Source of the DNA: a virus
Taxonomy: Duplodnaviria; Heunggongvirae; Uroviricota; Caudoviricetes
Strand: one strand, 5' to 3'
Virus record (IMG/VR): IMGVR_UViG_2778261085_000015
DNA: 1,789 bases
A program made the translations under genes and the position numbers. The notes under the pieces were generated by a model. It had not been told where the DNA came from. It saw nothing but the letters and a program-made list of their open reading frames with translations, and made no database searches. This document shows positions 1 through 1,789 of this stretch, piece after piece (positions within the stretch are counted from its first letter, which is position 1; every line of letters starts with the position of its first letter).

Positions 1-1650
<1,650 letters not shown>

Positions 1651-1660
1651 GGATGTGTAT

Positions 1661-1789
1661 ATGTTTAGTATGTTAAAAGTTGTGCTAGTACAAAGTCTTC
1701 AATACTTCATAACTAAAAAAATTGATGAAGCAACCGATAATAAAAAAGATAAGGATAAAAAAGATGAAAAAGATGATAGAGCTAACTAA
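1661..1789 (+). CDS. Small protein, 42 aa: moderately hydrophobic N-terminus followed by a Lys/Asp/Glu-rich tail
   Basis: ATG at 1661 preceded by AAGGA (1649..1653, overlapping the upstream stop) with a 7-nt spacer. Product MFSMLKVVLVQSLQYFITKKIDEATDNKKDKDKKDEKDDRAN; stop TAA at 1787..1789, exactly at the window end. Short ORFs in AT-rich DNA are easy to over-call, hence moderate confidence. Confidence 0.45.
   Translation: MFSMLKVVLVQSLQYFITKKIDEATDNKKDKDKKDEKDDRAN

Noticed and set aside
1661-1789. Holin or other lysis membrane protein encoded by the 42-aa ORF
   Set aside because: The hydrophobic stretch is interrupted by Lys and Gln and is too short for a transmembrane helix, and there is only one such segment. 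No support for a lysis function.

Overview
AT-rich, densely coding 1.8-kb stretch that reads like part of a T4-like (T-even-type) phage genome; nothing in it is clearly a new biological system. No searches could be run, so all family calls rest on motifs read by eye and on reference sequences recalled from memory. At the left, a minus-strand gene (1-270) encodes an 89-aa protein that is recognisably the N-terminal lobe of a T4 e-type lysozyme but stops where a full lysozyme would continue. A 43-bp AT-rich divergent spacer separates it from a tightly packed plus-strand operon with overlapping start/stop codons (GTGA at 743-746, ATGA at 1330-1333). That operon holds a 44-aa ORF and a 104/124-aa ORF that together look like a GIY-YIG nuclease domain split by a +1 frameshift, a 196-aa lysine-rich basic protein with strongly biased codon usage, a 106-aa ORF of unknown function, and a 42-aa ORF ending at the window edge. 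No rRNA/tRNA genes, CRISPR arrays, long repeats or convincing intrinsic terminators were seen. The most interesting items are the apparent split GIY-YIG remnant, the truncated lysozyme, and the basic 196-aa protein as a possible virion internal protein.
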